NCBI GenBank assembly: GCA_024137785.1 | Contig: JAHRHZ010000093.1 | Span: forward strand, 3,786,087-3,850,086 | Direction: 5' to 3' | From: Ginglymostoma cirratum | Lineage: Eukaryota | Length of the DNA stretch: 64,000 nt | In this document: one piece after another, positions 26,526 through 38,080 of the stretch | Numbering within the stretch: the stretch's first letter is position 1 | Layout of the letters: each line of letters opens with the position of its first letter | Made by a program: the position numbers and the translations under genes | Notes under the pieces: model-generated | Databases searched by the model: none | What the model saw: only the letters and a program-made list of their open reading frames with translations | What the model was told of the DNA's origin: nothing

Positions 26526-28119
26526 ACTAAAAAGAATGGATATGATGCTCAACTCATCAATCAGCAGTTCCCACGTGCCACAGCAATAAACCACAACAAC
26601 CTCCTCAGAAGACCGATACAGGATACCCTTCGTCATCCAGTACTTCCCTGGAGCAGAGAAACAACGCCATGTTCTTCGCAGCCTTCAACATGTCATCAAT
26701 GATGATGAGCATCTCACCAAGATCATCCCTACACCTCCACCTCTCGCCATCAACAACTGGCAAACCTTAAACAGACCTTAAGCAGCGAACTATCCAGCCT
26801 TCAGGGCATCATCGACCAAACACCACACAATTCTGCCAAGGCAACTTCTGTAAGACATGTCAGATCATTGACATGGACACAACCATCACCACCCAGCATG
26901 TATACGGCAAATACTCATGTGACATGGCCAGTATTGTCTATCTCATACGCTGCAGGCAAGGATGCCCCAAGGCATGATATATTGGTGAGACCATGCAGAT
27001 ACTATGACAATGGATGAATGGACACTGCGCAACAATTGCCAGAAGGAATGTTCCATCCCAGTCAGGGAACACTTCAGCAGTCAAGGGCATTCAGCCTCCG
27101 ACCATCGGATAAGCGTCCTCCAAGGAATACTTTGAGATATACAGCAACGCAGAATCGCCGAGCAGAGACTGGTAGCCAAGTTCTATACCCACAAAGACGG
27201 CCTCAACCATTATCTTGGGTTCATGTCACGTTACCCATCCGTGCCTAAGAGCACATTGATTATGGGGCAGCACAGTGGCTCAGTGGTTAGCACAGCTACC
27301 TCACAGCACCAGGGACCAGGTTCAATTCCAGCCTCAGGCAACTGTCTGTGTGGAATTTACACATTCTCCCTGTGTCTGCATGCGTTTTCTCCAGGCGCTC
27401 TGGTTTCCTCCCACAGTCCAAAGATGTGCAGGTTAGGTGGATTGGCCATGCTAAATTGCCCAGGGATGTTTAGGTTAGGTGTGTTAGACATGGGAAATGC
27501 AAGGTTAGGGGAATGGGTCTGGGTGGAATGCTCTTTGGAGGGGTGGTGTTGGGCTGAATGGCCTGGTTCCACACTGTAGGGATTCTATGATACAGCTGGC
27601 ACCATCAGATTATTCTGTATCTGTAAAATCTTCTTTACTGATGTTTTGACACCATCACCTTGATAAATTATCATGATCTCTCTAATTAGTTTGTACAGTT
27701 TTCGAATACTTATTATTTTGGTTAGACCCTCGGCATCCGACTCTTATACCTTTCATGTTATTACAGTCATTTGGTTTGTCTCCAGCACCACTTTTTTTTT
27801 ATAATTATCTGTCTGCCTCATTTAATTGGATTATAGGTCATCCCTTCACTTGCTATTCAGCTGTTGATGCTTGACTCACACCATCTGACATTTTTGACCA
27901 CCTGCAGAGATTTATTATTTGACACTCCACTCACATGATTTGTACAATCTTTTGATCTCTCTTTCTGTATGTGTCTGTGTGCTCCCCTCTCACTTCACCT
28001 AGCAAAGGGGCTATGCTCTGAAAGCTTGTGATTTCAAATAAACCAGTTGGACTATAATCTGGTGTCGTGTGACTTCTGACCGTGTCCACCCCAGTCCGAC
28101 ACCGGCACTTCCACATCAT
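26526..28119 (+). mobile_element. 5'-truncated Penelope-like retroelement (decayed linker, GIY-YIG endonuclease, terminal repeat)
   Basis: CxxC linker (CKTC) and YSCDMASIVYLIRCRQGCPKA*YIGET at 26912-26992; decayed hammerhead-like motif 27999-28027; TSD tggacctaaa at 26516-26525 and 28120-28129. Confidence 0.9.
27264..27591 (+). mobile_element. HE1-type V-SINE nested in the PLE
   Basis: Full head, V domain and CR1 tail. Confidence 0.92.
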
Positions 28120-28251
28120 TGGACCTAAACCAAATGGACTGCTGCAGTTGAAGGAGGCAGGTAACCACCAGCTCTCCAGGGCAATCAGGAATGACCAATA
28201 AACGTTGGCTCCCAGCCAGTGATGCCCATATCCCGTGAATGAATCAAAAAA
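28120..28251 (+). mobile_element. Crack-like LINE tail, with its 5' part at ~26460-26525, split by the PLE
   Basis: ggactgctgcagttgaaggaggcag...gcccatatcccgtgaatgaatcaaaaaa. Confidence 0.8.
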
Positions 28252-28534
28252 TATTCTAGCAATATCAATATCATTTAACTGCATGCTTCTGTTGTTAAAA
28301 CCACTAGCCCCACTAACTCAACAGGGGCCAGCACATGTCACTTTGCCCAAGTGACTGTTTTTTATGCGAGAGCCAAAACATGCCGAGTCACCTGGCTACT
28401 TGACTGCTGTGGGCATCACGGCAGAGTCCAATGCCACTCCAAACCTGGCCAAAAGGAATCAACAGGATGGGGAAAAGGCCTGGGCGGGACTGCAGCTGAA
28501 TTCTTTTCAACCGCTTGATCGATGCTGCCAAACG

Positions 28535-28688
28535 CACGTCAACTGCTCACGACCTCACTGCTGTTTGCGAGACCTTACTGTGCACTAAACAGTCGCCACA
28601 ATTACTGAAACAGCAACAGGGAATTTGCTTCAGAAATGGTCCATTGGCTGCGAAGCAGGCCTCAAGTCCTGCACAAATATAAGTCTCT
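28535..28688 (+). mobile_element. DeuSINE-like 3' half
   Basis: cactgctgtttgcgagaccttactgtgcac...cttcagaaatggtccattggctgcgaagc. Confidence 0.55.
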
Positions 28689-28869
28689 CTTTATCCTTCG
28701 CAAATTCTGCGCCAGCCTGCACTGGGGAATACACCCTTCACTTTTCACAAAAGAAGAAGATCTGCCTGTTGTTTACTTTCCCCCCAACCAAAGGGGACAT
28801 TGGCAGATTCGAAACCTCTGAAGCAAGCGTGGATGTTAAAAATAAACCTAAGGTGGGCTAGTGATGGTA

Positions 28870-29176
28870 AGAATCCAATCAAAGCACAAGAAACACTTGG
28901 CAGTCATTTTCTGTCATGCAAACAGATACTTGTGTGACCCACCAAAAACATTTCATAAACCTTTCAAAACATTCCTTCCAAATGTCATGGTCCAATAGGC
29001 AATATTGCAAAGCTTCGCTTATTTTCCACGAACGGTTGGTTTCCTAGGAATTAATTAGCATCACCTGTGTTAATTAAACTAGCAAACCAATCAGTGAGTC
29101 ACTTACTAATTAGGTTTCCTTCATTAAGGCCGGAAATTACCATGGCGACACAAGTCACCTGGGGAAAATTATGAGG
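28870..29176 (+). repeat. MER121-like ancient conserved repeat with palindromic core
   Basis: aatcaaagcacaagaaacacttggcagtcattttc...ccaataggcaatattgcaaa...palindrome 29034-29092...ggaaattaccatggcgacacaagtcacct matches my recollection of the MER121 consensus; not database-verified. Confidence 0.6.
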
Positions 29177-29899
29177 TAACAAATACTTGTGCAGAATTTA
29201 ATAAAAAATATTTTTTAATTTTTTTGGAAGGAGCGATGCAGCTTGTTTATCTCTGAAGGAAAAAGGAACAAAATATCCAATTAGATTTTTCTTCAAAAAC
29301 CCTGGGGTTTCCAAACTCATTGGACTCTTCTGGCAATTAGTCATTTTAATTTAAAAAAACTTTTTGTAATTTGGTTTGTCACTGGGTGTTTACAAAATTC
29401 TGCTCTCTACATTTAACAGCCAGGATTCCAAACAGATGAATAAGGCGTTTCCCTGTGATCTGCCTCTAGGTTCAACCATTGCTGATGAGGGTAATTTCCT
29501 CAATGTTGTACTTTGAAGATATCTATTCCCATTTGTCGATGAATTGTATGTAGGGATAAATATTACCTGTTCAAGTTTCTTTCTCCACATTTTTAATGGG
29601 GGCCACCCATGGAAACCTCTCATGCTGTAATTATATCTTCCTCCTACAGGAGGCACTATCACAGCACAGCTTACTTGTATTTTAAATGTGGACGCAGGAC
29701 AGAATGTGTGACCCTAAAATGACAATAAAATATGCAAGATCAGCTGCAATTCTCTTTAGATGCTTGATGACCAGCGCTAACACAATTGGCCGAAGGGCCT
29801 TTTTCCATGCTGTAAAAACCATATAACTCTAACCTTGCTTTACTCTAAGGAGTCGTCAATGTGCAAAGTGACATGATAAGTTTCAATGTGGTATGATGC

Positions 29900-30200
29900 A
29901 TTTTTCTTTCAAAATTTCATTCTCAAAGAAATCGGCATTGCTGGCTAATTCTTAAAAAGAATCAGGCTGTAGTCTCTCCTGTCCTATTGATTGCTCTTGG
30001 TCAGGTTTTGAGTGGCATTTATTGCCTGTCCCTGGTTGCTGTTGGGAAGATGGCATGGGCCTTCTTCAAAAGCAGCAATCTGACCATGTGGTGAAGATAC
30101 ACCCAGTGCTGAGAAAGTTCCAGTATTTTGATCCAGCGATGATTAAAGAACGGAGATGTACATCCAGGTGAGATATGTATGTGACTTGGAGGGACCCAAG
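29900..30200 (-). mobile_element. Crack-like LINE 3' remnant
   Basis: gcatttattgcctgtccctggttgc...cagtattttgatccagcga...gtgacttggaggga, homologous to 11440-11670. Confidence 0.7.
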
Positions 30201-32159
30201 TACTTCACCCTATTATTCATTTTAAATACTGAAATTGTGAGAGGTACTCCATGCTAAAAAGAAAATTACCGAGGGCAAAACATCTCATCTTCCACCTCAC
30301 TCATAATTATAATGAAAACACAAAGGACATGAATTAGTGGCACCAAAGCAGACGGTAACAGACTGACCACTTGCCTTTTACCCTCCACAAACAGTAAACC
30401 TGGGCAGAGTATATGTGCTGGACAGTGATCTGCTATTTGATTCTTCAAAGGTAAGAATGATTTTGGGCTGTTTGGGTCAATGACTACAGTTTAGCTTCTG
30501 ACTCCTAGAAGGCAATAAGAATGTGACAGCAGTGTCGACACATGCTGCTTCTTCTCCCACCTTAGCTAACCTCAGTCTCCAAGTTCAACTTGTCAGAAAT
30601 ACCATTCCAAATGCTTTTTTTTTTGTCTCTTTATTTTGACAGAAAAGTCTAAACATATTTGCAAACACCAATGCCCACAGAGACATTTGAGTGTGACTCC
30701 CAATGTGACCATGTGTGATTTTAACTTGCATCTCTGCAAGGATTTATCTGGATTCAAAGTTCTTATAGCTGAAAGCATATTAATTATGTTGTGATTGACA
30801 GAAAGCAAATAGGTGACAAATAATTATGGTTTTATTTACGTTAAGGTGCATTACCCCTCTCTCTACTCTGCTTTATTGCTGCATTATCACTTGATTGAGG
30901 TGCCCTCCTCTCCTGATGCTGCAGCAATGCCACAGGTACAGATCCTCCTCCCAAATTGTGCAAAAGTGACTTTGCCATAGGTGGGAGGCATGGCAGGTGA
31001 GTATTGATCACTGGCGATTGGTAAGAGAAATCACATTCCAACTTGATCTGATCTCCTTACAAATACACTGTCCCAAAGACAATACCACCATACAGCAGAA
31101 TGATAATCTATTCCTCCCCATGCCCCCTCCACCTCACTATCCCCAGAAGGCTGGAGATCAATTGGCAGATAGACCCTTTCCAAGATAAGAGCAGCATGAA
31201 TTGGGAATCAAATGTGGAAGATGTCTGGCTCGATGCCATAGCCAGTCCGTAAATACACAATTCATTTTTCCAGAGAGACCCCAATAATTGTTCCTGTGTA
31301 ATAACAACAGTCCTCATTTAGACAGAATGGGGAACTTCACACGAAAGGATAAAGCTGACAGCCCACTGGCCGAACCAATGTCTCATCTCACATGTGATGT
31401 CTGTGCCTCTTTTATCCCTTGTGAAGTCTGGTGTCTTCAGAAGAGAGGAACAAAGGGTGGGAAATTGGGAAGAGAAGGGAAGGGAATCTTGGGGTGTCGG
31501 GTGAAACCTGGCTTCGCAGATCACGTAATTTGGGTGAATCATCAACATGTTTACACTCCACGTGAGTTTTTCTTCAGTCACTGGAAAAGAACTGCTATTG
31601 CTACCTCCCCAGGATGGATATCAACACCCCTGCCCACAGTCTCACAGCAGTTTTGAGTATACATTTTTCAGCCAGCCCCCAGAACACACGTGCAGATCTG
31701 GTTCTGTTCTGTTCCAGTTTATATGGCACAAGGCATCAAGCTCTAGCCATCAGGCATTTACTAATGGGAAAATTAACAGCATTAAAAAAAATACATGAGC
31801 TTCAAATTATTCAACTCATTAAAAATTGCAGATAACAAAATGTTCTCTTTGTCCCTTCTTTCCTTCCAATTGATAATGCTGAGGTTTTAAAAAAATACAA
31901 CGCCACATTTGGAAATATCAATTAGTTAGAATTATATCATTCTGTTTTGCAGCATGTCAACAGACACGCACTTAATCTTACAACTGTACTCTTCCAGAAC
32001 CAAATACTGAATCCGCTTGGAAATACACCCAGAAAAAAGTCTCAATTGTTACCATCTGGAATTCAGTCTCAAAACACGCTTAATTTGCAACAATTTTTTT
32101 TTTGTTTTTGTTGCATAAATCTTATTGTTTAGGAAGCTTGTGATTATCTGAGAAGGGTT

Positions 32160-32730
32160 CCTTAGTGATTGAGGGGGAGCTGGATTCACATCAATAGAGA
32201 TAGTAGCACAGGACAGTGGGGAATGAGGTTGCCGAGTAACAGTGTGAGGGAGCTGGATTTGTATCAAGTGGTACAGTCAGGACATTCCCTCCCGAACAGC
32301 ACTGTGGGTCAACCTGCAGCATGTGGACTACAACAGTTCAAGAAGGCAGCTCACCACCACCTTCTCAAGAACAACTAGTGATAGGTAATAAATGCTGGCC
32401 AGCCAGTAATGCCCACATCCATGAATGAGTAAAAAGAAAAGGTACAGTCAGTAAAATAGGATGCTGGGGGAGAAGGATTACTGAGTGATAGCGTGAAGGA
32501 GCTGGATTAACATGAATGCAGTCAGTAACACAGGATGATGGGGGGGCGAGAGGGATCACTGAGTGACAGTGTAAGAGAGCTGGATTAACGTCAATGGAGA
32601 TACACAGTCAGTAACGCAGGATGCTGGGGGGTGAAGGGTTACTGAGTGACAGTGTGAGGGAGCTAGATTAACATCAATAGAAGTACAGTCAATAACAGGA
32701 TGCTGGGGGAGAGGGGTTACTGAGTCACGT
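32160..32730. repeat. Minisatellite with ~75-80 bp unit, about 5 copies, interrupted by a LINE tail
   Basis: Repeated gagtgacagtgtgagggagctggattaacatcaat...cagtcagtaacacaggatgctggggg. Confidence 0.9.
32281..32440 (+). mobile_element. 160-bp Crack-like LINE tail insertion with 11-bp TSD
   Basis: ggtacagtcag at 32270-32280 and 32441-32451; tail aataaatgctggcc...gcccacatccatgaatgagtaaaaagaaaa. Confidence 0.9.
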
Positions 32731-32872
32731 TGGGAGAAAACGGATTATAAATTATTTTCATTGCCAAGTGCTTCAATATCATCATTAACACTAACTGTTT
32801 AAATTAAAACAGAACATTCAAGTAGGAATAATTGGGATATCAGAAGCACATTAAAAGTTAACCTACGTTACA

Positions 32873-32970
32873 TTTTCTGAAGAAGGATCTAGGCCCGAAA
32901 CGTCAGCCTTCCTGCTCCTCTGATGCTGCTTGGCTTGCTGTGTTCATCCAGCTCTACACCTTGTTATCAC
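32873..32970 (+). mobile_element. PLE terminal-repeat insertion (family 1) with hammerhead core at 32877-32904
   Basis: ctgaaga-aggatctaggccc-gaaacgtc; possible TSD acgttaca/acattaca. Confidence 0.75.
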
Positions 32971-33179
32971 ACATTACAAACTGTTTGGTTTTTAAGTACG
33001 ATATTTTTGGAATATTTCACTGGCCTTAAGAATAATGGTGGGTCCCACTGCCTTCCTGCCCCAATTAGTGTATTCGCTTAAATCTTTTTTCCTGCTGTGC
33101 TTGTGGTGAAAATGCTAAACTTCAGCTGATTTGTACATTGCCGCTTCTGCCAGTAAACAGGAGTGGACAGCTTCACTGA

Positions 33180-33560
33180 GTGGGCACAGGAACGCGAGCG
33201 AGGAGCGAGTTTTGGTGGGTTTTGTGCAGATCTGGAGTGTGTAGCCTCATTCGGACAGCCCTGACGGACCCCCGTCATACAGGGGAGAGCGCACTGACGC
33301 TTCCCACTTATGACATGATTGATTTTCCTTCAGCGGCCTCTCAGACAGGTCTTGGCGGTACCTGCCTGAGTGAACCCCTGCTTCATTCTGACCTCGACAT
33401 ATGGCCGACTGTGCTGCTCAGAACTGATGACGGCACAGCACTAAGGAAAATCAATAGCATCTGTCAGTCAGCCCCGAAACAAACAGCTTTAAAAAAACAA
33501 TCACGACACAGGCTGTCGCACTGCACTTTCATGCTCTACACTTGAGAAATCAACAAATTC
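33180..33560. promoter_or_regulatory. CpG-rich, palindrome-rich candidate regulatory element
   Basis: About 17 CpG in 33181-33540 in an otherwise CpG-poor window; nested inverted repeats; E-boxes catctg and catatg. Confidence 0.4.
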
Positions 33561-33892
33561 CCTTATTTCATTCTCGCTGTTTTTATTCTCTGCATTACTG
33601 TAGTAGCCAAGCACAGTTATTCCGTTCCATATAAACGCGTGTTTCTTTTTCCCCTCCTCCTAGTTTTACCTTCCAAGTCAATCAGCCGTATCTTCTCACA
33701 CTTTCGGCCAAGACGCCTATAAAGATTGATCAATTTCTGACTTACTGTGGAGATGGTTTTAAGATGGATTGCTTTAAAGTGCACCAGGTTCTGAGAGTCC
33801 AGTGAGTGCAGGGGTGCCCGTGAGAAAGTACATCTCCTCTCGCCCAGTACATTTCCACACGTTTCGGGTTTTTGTTTAAATCGTCCATTTAT

Positions 33893-34345
33893 CGAATCAC
33901 AATGCTTTCAACGCAGAAGGAAGCCATTTGGCCCATCGTGTTACTATCCGCTGTCTGCATGTATGACCACCCGAACCCCATGCCCTTATCCTTTCGCTTC
34001 TCTGTGTTTAGTTACCCGATCCCCCGGTTATCTAATCCCTCTGACTCTGCTTTCACTAACCTCTCAAACCAGTGAATTCCACATCCTAGCCATTTATTTC
34101 GTAAATATATTTCCCTCATATTACCATTGCTGTCTTTCTTGTTCCTTTCACAGATGGAAACAGTTTCCCCCTACCTACTTTTCCCAGATTATTTCTCAAA
34201 AACAGAAAAGCCTATCACCTTCTCTGCAGCAAAGAAAATGGTCCAACTTCTCCAACAGAAATTACTCACACCAGGTACTGTTTCCATTCGTCTCTTCTGG
34301 GCCTTCCCTCATACATTCACAACATTCTTAAAGTGTGCCTGGAAC
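33893..34345 (-). mobile_element. Old CR1 3' remnant
   Basis: gaagccatttggcccatcgtg tail and ctctcaaaccagtgaattccacatcctagcc. Confidence 0.6.
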
Positions 34346-34355
34346 TGAATGCAAT

Positions 34356-34661
34356 CAGACAATCCCTGCAGTGTAGGAACAGGCCATTTGGCCCATCAAG
34401 TCTACACTAACCCTCTGAAGAGGAGCCCAGCCAGACCCATGCCCCCACCCTATCCCTGTAACCCTACATTTCCCATGGTTGATCCACCTCACCTGCACAT
34501 CTTTGGTCTGTGGCAGGAAACCAGAGCATCCACAGGAAACCCACACTGACATAGGGAGAATGTGCAAATGCCACACAGACAGTCACCCAAGGGTGGAATC
34601 AAACCCAGGTCCCTAGTGCTGTGAGGCAGCAGTGCTAACCATTGAGCCACTGTGCCACCCC
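34356..34661 (-). mobile_element. HE1-type V-SINE
   Basis: Full-length reverse copy. Confidence 0.92.
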
Positions 34662-35114
34662 AAACACTCCAATACTTCAACAGATGCTGAACCAGTGTTG
34701 AACATGGAATTACCACAATATCATTGCTGTTAGCCTCCATGTACCTATTTATGAAATCCAGGAATTTGCTTGTTTTCCTCTGAGGGGACCTGGGATCATA
34801 ACTGTGTACATTCTCTGTGTGGTGTTCAATGTTCTGTGTTTAATTATCTGAGTCTGTTTACTATCGATGCTTACCGTACTTGATGTGTTAAGCCTAGGTG
34901 TGGACTCAGAGAGAGAAATAAACAAAGCAGTAGATTCAGCTGGAATAGACAAAGTACTGTATATAATTCTTGTAAATCAAGTTTCAACACAGAACTACTA
35001 CTATCATCTACGGATATAAAACACACACCTTGAACAACCTCAACACTCCAATTGATAGTGAATATCAACAGGTCATTCAACAGTGGAAGGTATCAGGGCC
35101 AAGCCTGATTTTAT

Positions 35115-35635
35115 CAGACTCATACAGTATGGAAGAGGCCCTTTGGCCCATTGAGTCTGCACCGACAAAAACTACTCCAAATCTACAGTGACAAAAACAG
35201 AATGTGCTGAAAAAACATTGCAGGTCTGACCGCCTCTGTTCAGAACAAAACAGACGATGCCAGACCTATTACGTTTCTCTAGCACTTTGTGTCTCAGATT
35301 TGCAGCATCCAAAGTTCTTTGTGTTTATCTAAATCTATACTTGACTCACTTGGCCCATAGCCTCGAATATTATGACATTTCAAGTGCTCATCCAACTACT
35401 TTTTAAAAGCTTATGAGGTTTCCTGCCTCGACTACCCAGGCAAGGCATTCCACACCTCCCCCCAATACTGTGCGTGAAAAAATATTTCCTCAAAACCCTT
35501 CTAAACCTTTCATCTTAAAATGATCCCCCCCTGTTATTCACCCTTCAACTAAGGGGAACAGCTGCTTTCTATCCAATCTGCTGATGCCTCTAATAACCTA
35601 TTACACCTCAATCAGGTCCTCTCTCAGCCTTCTCG
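35115..35635 (-). mobile_element. CR1 3' end interrupted by an inverted PLE-derived insert (~35190-35328)
   Basis: gaggccctttggcccattgagtctgcaccga tail and ggcaaggcattccacac; insert homologous to 59275-59410 in both orientations. Confidence 0.75.
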
Positions 35636-37749
35636 ACATAAGCCTGATCTTATGTAGCCTCTCTTCGGAGCTTCTCCACTTGAGAAGGTAGTGTCTCAGT
35701 TTCACATCCCATCTGAACATTGGTATCTTCAACAATGTAGTACTCTCTTAATGCTGCTTGCAAACATAAACTAAGATTAAGTCCATCGGCAGTCAGGATT
35801 ATCCTTTGCAAAATAGGGTGTTCCTCCCCTGACATACTCAAAAAAAAACTTGCAAACTAACAATAGGCAACATAGTAAAATTCTTGTCTTTTCTAAAAAT
35901 CTTGAAATCACCTGGTATCGGTTTCGGAAATGTTTGCACAGTATCTCACTCAATATAAATTCAGATAGGGACATCAGAGCCTCCTGCCACAATTAACCTC
36001 TGACACAAAGGCCCCTACAGAGCATCTGCAGGGCCACCTCTGATTTGTGTCACTGCCATTAAGCCGCATCCATCAACACTAATTTATGTACATCACAAAT
36101 CATTTGGTGCCTGGAAAAAAGTCCCCAATAAAAGAATGTTTTCTTTCCTCTCTTTCCCCCCTGCAAACAACAGCCCCCAACACACACTTTACTGAACACA
36201 GCCCCATTAAGTGGCTTTATCAGAGTTGAATTTATCCCAATCTCGAGGGCTCACAAGCCGCCCTGTTCTAAAGCAGACACTGTAACTGTGTGACAGGAAA
36301 TAGGAAAGAGGAACAGAAAATGGTATCAGCGCTGCAAAGAAAGAAGAGGCTCACGTTTCAGATGTTCGTGTGTTTATCAGAACACGCAATATATTAACCC
36401 AGATTTTCAGATTGTAACATTGACAGGTCTGTTGTGGACATCTGTTTTTTTCTTTTACTTCTGAAAAAAGGAATTTTTCACCTTAAGACTTTCAATATCA
36501 ACTCTCCACACTCTATACCTTACACGTCCCATCTCAATGGGTGTCTGTGGCGTATGTATTTGTGCGAATATCCCTCTCAAACCAAACCCAAACCCAAACA
36601 GCCACTGTATACATCAAGATAGAGAGTCTTAGCAAGCTATTCCATTGGAGGGAAGCAGGAAAGGGGAATAACTGCTGGCCTTTGTGTGTCCTGACATGAC
36701 AGTACACACTGCACTCTCTGTGGACAGGTTGGATGGGGGTATGATTTGAAGTGGTCACCAAATAACAACCGGCAGAGGGACCTTCACTTACTTTTCCCAT
36801 GCAGGAGTGTGGAATTGAACCTTCGACTCTGTTACCAACATAAGAGCTAGGAACAAGAGTAGGCCATTCACATCTTCAAGCCTGCTCAACCATCCAATGA
36901 GATCATGGCTGATCTTATTTTAAACATGATTCTACATTCCTTATTCAGGCCAGATGTTAACACAGGCTTGGCGATCCAATTGTGGGTTTCTGAATTGACA
37001 CTTGCCAGCAGCCAGACCACGTCAACAATCTTTCCATTTGGTGGAGCCTCCTGACTGGTTCCTGCCATGTTCAAAGCCCTGTTAAAGACATTGGGTAGAA
37101 CCAGAGGTCACCCAGCTCAGAAGCTTTGGTAACCTCACCCCAGGAGAAGCAAGTAGTGCTGAGGCAGGTCAGAGTGTACCTCAAAATAGAGAGGTCCTCA
37201 GAGGAGTGACTTTAATATTCCAAGTGGCTGAGGGATAAGACTCTGGAGAAGGAAGTGTCTTTCCTTTGGCCATTTCTGTGGTACAGAGAGGCCCTTGTTC
37301 TCAAGGGGCCCTGGTCAACACAGAAGACCAGCTTTATTAAGCTGGTATAGCTCCCACGAGCAGCAGGACTGGCCGGTCAACAGCAAGTGATCAGTGCTCC
37401 CAAAAAATCTTGTGTCTCACGTTGGACAATTATTTCACCTGGCTGCTTACTTCCATGTGTTGGACAACTGCTTGTCTCTCAGTCCTTCCTTCAGCAATGA
37501 GACTGCATTGGAAGCAATCCTGAAAGGAAATCCTCGCAGCTCTACTCCCAAGTCTCTTGGCCTACTTTCCTGGAGCCTGTGAAATTCTGCCAACGTGATC
37601 GATGCCTGAATTGCTACTTTGCCCACTCTCCCAAAAAAATGCTGGTTGACCTGCAGAGTGCACTTTTATTGTTTGAGCCTTTGAAGTTTCTGAGCTAGTT
37701 CCACCCTAGCCTCAGATCAAGGCCCAACGCCACAGAGCTGGCAGTAATC

Positions 37750-37990
37750 AAGGTTACTGGTGGAATGCAGTTTTGCTGGATGTGCCATCGTTTAGTTTTA
37801 AACTGAGGCACCATCTACCCTTCGAAATACTGGAGAAGGAAAAGATCCTACATATTATTTTGAAGAAGCACACGCTAGGTGTCCCAGTGTTACTCAGCCA
37901 ACATCATGGTAAACAGATGATCTGCTGACTATCACATGACTGCCTTGAGACCTTGCTGTGTGTGAATTGACATTTCCCACATTACAGCTG
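37750..37990 (+). mobile_element. DeuSINE-like remnant
   Basis: aactgaggcaccatctaccc...gaccttgctgtgtgtgaattgacatttcccacattaca. Confidence 0.6.
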
Positions 37991-38039
37991 TGATGGTTCA
38001 ATGGCTAAGGTTGTTTATGGCTGTGTATGTTTTTTTATG

Positions 38040-38080
38040 GTATATACACACGCGCGCGCGCACACACACACACACACACA
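38040..38080. repeat. Compound (TA)(CA)(CG)5(CA)10 microsatellite
   Basis: gtatatacacacgcgcgcgcgcacacacacacacacacaca. Confidence 0.95.

Noticed and set aside
29034-29092. 59-nt hairpin as a pre-miRNA
   Set aside because: No known mature miRNA recognised; better explained as the palindromic core of a MER121-like element.
32160-32730. Regularly spaced repeats as a CRISPR-like array
   Set aside because: Whole units repeat with no unique spacers, the context is vertebrate and there are no cas genes.
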